NCBI GenBank assembly: GCA_002269645.1
Contig: NIVC01002990.1
Span: 62,933-126,932, forward strand
From: Macrostomum lignano
Lineage: Eukaryota
Direction: 5' to 3'
DNA: 64,000 nucleotides
Below, in pieces: positions 60,301 to 64,000 of this stretch. The translations under genes and the position numbers were made by a program. Numbering within the stretch: the first letter of the stretch is position 1; each line of letters opens with the position of its first letter. The notes under the pieces are model-generated. The model worked only from the letters and a program-made list of their open reading frames with translations. It was not told where the DNA came from and searched no databases.

Positions 60301-63300
60301 CTTCAACTTGGCTGCGTCTTGTAGATTTCCAACACTTGGTGTCAGCGTCTCAACGAATGAGTAAAGCTTCTTCGTTCGCAAAGCGTTCCTGTCCCGTGTG
60401 CCTAACATGTACCATGGGGCCAGCTGCATTGGCGGATTATCCCCATCGGTAGGTCTGATTTGTTGCAAGCCGAGCGAAAGAAGAATGAAGAATATCGGCA
60501 GAATAAATTCTGCAACGAAGCCCATCTTCGAGCGGCGAATAACGGTGAATCGCTTGATCCAGAGCGCCTTCACTTGATGGCGCAAAGGGTGATCAGTATA
60601 GCGTAAAGTCGGCGGTTGAGAGAGCGAAGCCCGGCGGCTGCCACGAGGCATGTCCAGTGGTACAGCGCTTGGAGTGGCGCAACGCGGGCTGTTTTGCTGC
60701 TTTGTATCCAGCAAGTCATCATCATCAACCAGCGGATTCGAGGCAGCGGCCGCCTCCAGTTGGCGCTCTTTTCGGAAGCTGCTGCGGCTAGAGCGAAGGT
60801 TGACGACAGCTGACGCATCCTTGTCCACGGTTTCTTCTCGATCAGCTTCAGTAACGTTCAGAAAAATTTCCTCTAGCGAGCAGTCTTCAATGCCGAACGA
60901 TTCGATCCCGAGTTCGTCACGACTATTTTCTAGCTGTTGAAACAAGTTTGAAAAACTTTCACTGGCATTGAACGGCAGCTTCACTGTTACCTCGCTAGTG
61001 GTACACTCGCCTAGCTGTGAGGTGGGTACGTAGCGCTGCACAAATGACAATAGCTTGCTTTGTTCACAACTGGTTACCAATGTCAAAGTGTAGCCATGAC
61101 CGAATGCCTTCTTTAGGAACATTGGAGAGCCGGAGCAAACAAGTCGACCTTTATCGATGATGCAGATTCGGTCGCCAAGGATGTCAGCTTCGTCCATATG
61201 GTGAGTAGTGAGCAAGATTGTACGACCAGATCGGAACTTGCCAAGCACATCCCAGATGGAGCGCCTGGCGTGGGGGTCCACTCCTGCAGTTGGCTCGTCC
61301 AGAATTATTAGCTTTGAGTCTCCCACAAAGGCCATGGCTACAGACAGCTTGCGTTTCATGCCGCCGGACAGGTTTCTGCTCAACTCGAATCGCTTGTTAT
61401 CGAGGCCGACGTCCACAACAAAACTGTCAATCTGTGAGCCTATCGTACTCTTGTCCAGGCCTTTTAGCATACCATAGAAGTAGATATGATCCTCCACAGT
61501 CAGATGGTTGAACAGCACGTTATGTTGAGGGCAAAATCCAAGGTGTTTCCGAATTTGATCCATTTGTGTGCGAATGTCGTGTCCATAAATGTAGGCTGTA
61601 CCCGTCGTGGGCGTGTACAAACCAGTCAAGATCGAAACGGTTGTACTTTTACCTAAAGAAAAATGGTTGGTTTCGAAAATTAGGCTGAAATGAGGTTTAA
61701 ACAGAAAAATGCAGCTAATATGATTCTTACCAGCTCCATTGTGCCCCAGGAACGAGGTGACCTGGCCTTCGTAGAAATTGTACGTAACACTGTTGACAGC
61801 AATGAAATCCTTAGCATTTTTGCAGGCACACAAGCCAGGCTTGTATACCTTCGTAAGCGCTCGAAGTGCGGCTCCAACTTTTAGATTTCTAGGCTCTTCC
61901 TCAAAGTGCTGCCGATCACCTGTCATTTCAACATCTCCCTGGTCAGGCGCCAGCTCAACCTTGCTGCAAGAGCTGCACCAATAAGATTTGGTAAAAGGAA
62001 AGTAAAATGGTTTCGGAACGCCATACTTTCCTGGAAAAACCTTTTCGATGTACCAAGTTAGAAGCATTAGCAGAAATGCGTCGACCCACAGCATAAAAAG
62101 AACACCGCCAAACGTAAATGAACTATCCATCAGAGGACTCTTCGCTACGTTATCTGGCTGTATTCCAATATTCGCAAGTTCCCAGAGACCAATGTACTTG
62201 CAGCCGAGGCCAAACCCAATTTGCGGTATTAGGCAGCTGGCGGCAAGGGCGCCGCGCCCATGCTTTCGATGAACCGGTCAACAACAGTGTACGGAATGTA
62301 GCCGAGAAAAAACAGCACACCAGCAAACGCCGACGCGACACTGGAGTTCGAGAAAAAAACCGAGATGAAGAAGGCCTCACAGATAGTGCTGACTACGAAG
62401 GATAAAATAAAAAAGAACAGTATTATCGGATGGCTGTTCACGATGATTCCGCCAGCTTTAATTATAATAGTCATTAGAATTGTGGCCACCAGCATTACGC
62501 ATCCAGAAGTGATGAACCAGGCTAGCCAGTGTTCCCAGTCGGCCAGCCCCATGATTTTCATCATCTCTTTAAGTCGGCTCTCCTTCTCGTACACCACAGC
62601 ATTGACGAGCAAGGTGACACTGTAAATCCAGGCCAGGGTCATGATCATCGGGATGACGGACTGAATAACCGTCGTAAACTGATCCTGGATGTAGCACGGG
62701 CTGGGGAAGAGACGCAAGTAGTTTATCTGGCTAGCATTTCCCCCGAGAATTCGGCCGGTAATGCTTTGCTCAAGCAGCTCTTGAATGTGAAGAAAAAACG
62801 AAGTAAAATATTTGAAGTGTTTGGGATAGGTCGAGCGCTGACCCGGTGACCAGGTACTTGCCGTGACGCGAAACCGAAGCGTGCTGTCTACCATACTCGA
62901 GACCATGCGCAGACGATATTTCTCAAACGTGGCTCCGCCCAGAGTATCAAACGCTACAGCCGCCATGAAATAAGGCTTACTGTCGTTTTCGTTCTGCTTG
63001 AACTCGTCAATCAAGTAAAGCGAATAGTCATTCATGGCCGTCTCCGTTTGGAAGCCGCGCAACTTGTTAAGCTTAAAGCATGCCGTATAGTAATAAATTC
63101 GCCGCATTATGGCGTCAATAATTACTTTGGCTGACTGCCAATTTGAATTTTCAGACGATGTAGAAGTACTTTGAGCTAAGAAGTCGGAACCCATCTCGCA
63201 TAAGTTTCCAGATCCACCACCGGTGATGCGGGTACAAATCGTAAAGAATTTCTAAAAAAATATTTTTAAATTTAATTGCTGCATTATTATTCCAAAGATA

Positions 63301-64000
63301 TTCAGAAAAGCTGAGTAATTACCCTAAGCTCCTCGGCTTGAGTACCGTTAGCAATGAAATTAGCCATGTGAGCACTCTCGGTGGTGATCCAAGCTTTGGC
63401 CAAGTCGGATATTTGGCCGAGTCTCTCAAACGTAGCATTTAGCTGTAAAATATTTTTTTCCAAACTCATATTCAAATGTTATTTTACAGCAACGAATGTA
63501 CGAGCTAATTGAATTCTCAATTAAATTAATTGTCGTACCGCTTTTAAGTTGGCTTGAGTTGCGTTGTTATTTGGGTAGTATAGAACATCTCCGAACAGCA
63601 GATTTGGGAGCTGGCTCATCCCAAGGGGAGATAACAGCATGGACACCTCAGCCATAATGGTCTTCAGAAACTTCTGGTTGTAGCAATCTGGAACGATGGA
63701 AATTAAGTGTCTCTTTGATCAGGTACAAATTCAGAGTCTGGAAAATTGAAACAGGAAAAAATGGCTTTTCTTTTGACAGACAAGCAGCACTTACACATGG
63801 AGGGGGTCGCAGAGTAGCAAAGATAGGATTCGCAGCGCTGAACACTGTGCTCGCGTTTTTCAGGACATCCTGCACTTTGGAACTGAGCTGGCTAAACATT
63901 GAAATTATGGTTGTCCTCCGCGCCGCAAAGCAGCTGACTGACGCTTCTGACTGCTGTGTTAATATCGGACGACAGGCCGTAGCAACCTTGCTAAGCTGAC
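57313..64000 (-). CDS. ABCA: ABCA-subfamily full transporter (ABCA1/2/4/7-like), 5' end outside window; exons >64000-63795, 63737-63539, 63442-63323, 63251-61731, 61652-58364, 58289-58031, 57898-57509, 57417-57313
   Basis: [17 protein letters not shown]; NBD1 GHNGAGKST / [10 protein letters not shown] / [11 protein letters not shown]; NBD2 GVNGAGKTT / [10 protein letters not shown] / [10 protein letters not shown]; C-terminal VFINFAK. All GT-AG phases are consistent; two 1-bp deletions are needed (62247-49 and 63700-02). Exact orthologue not assignable. Confidence 0.93.

Overview
This is eukaryotic, intron-containing, repeat-rich animal genomic DNA. Its style (polyQ exons, dense minisatellites, short introns) resembles a flatworm such as Macrostomum, but that is an inference only. 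There are four host genes: (1) a 4-exon, ~1050-aa Q/P/A-rich orphan protein (+, 10420-17958); (2) RIOX1/NO66 JmjC ribosomal oxygenase (-, 4 exons, 21964-29775); (3) a 2-exon, 118-aa secreted six-cysteine protein ending in a GKR amidation-type site (+, 49030-49485); (4) an ABCA-family full transporter (-, 57313 to beyond the window end). Four large transposons have resolvable ends and TSDs: a Chapaev/Transib(RAG1-core)-like DNA transposon with ~370-bp TIRs (3625-6965), a decayed Ty3/gypsy LTR element with an extra third ORF (32717-42136), an RNase-H-bearing LINE that has lost its endonuclease but keeps a 13-bp TSD (43608-47838), and a THAP/P-superfamily transposon with 44-bp TIRs and a 7-bp TSD (50746-54227). 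There is also a tRNA-derived SINE, a MITE-like repeat and about 7.5 kb of minisatellites. Six reading-frame breaks in otherwise intact genes are all 1-bp deletions in short homopolymers. They are probably long-read consensus errors, so both DNA transposases may be intact. No CRISPR, rRNA or functional tRNA gene is supported.
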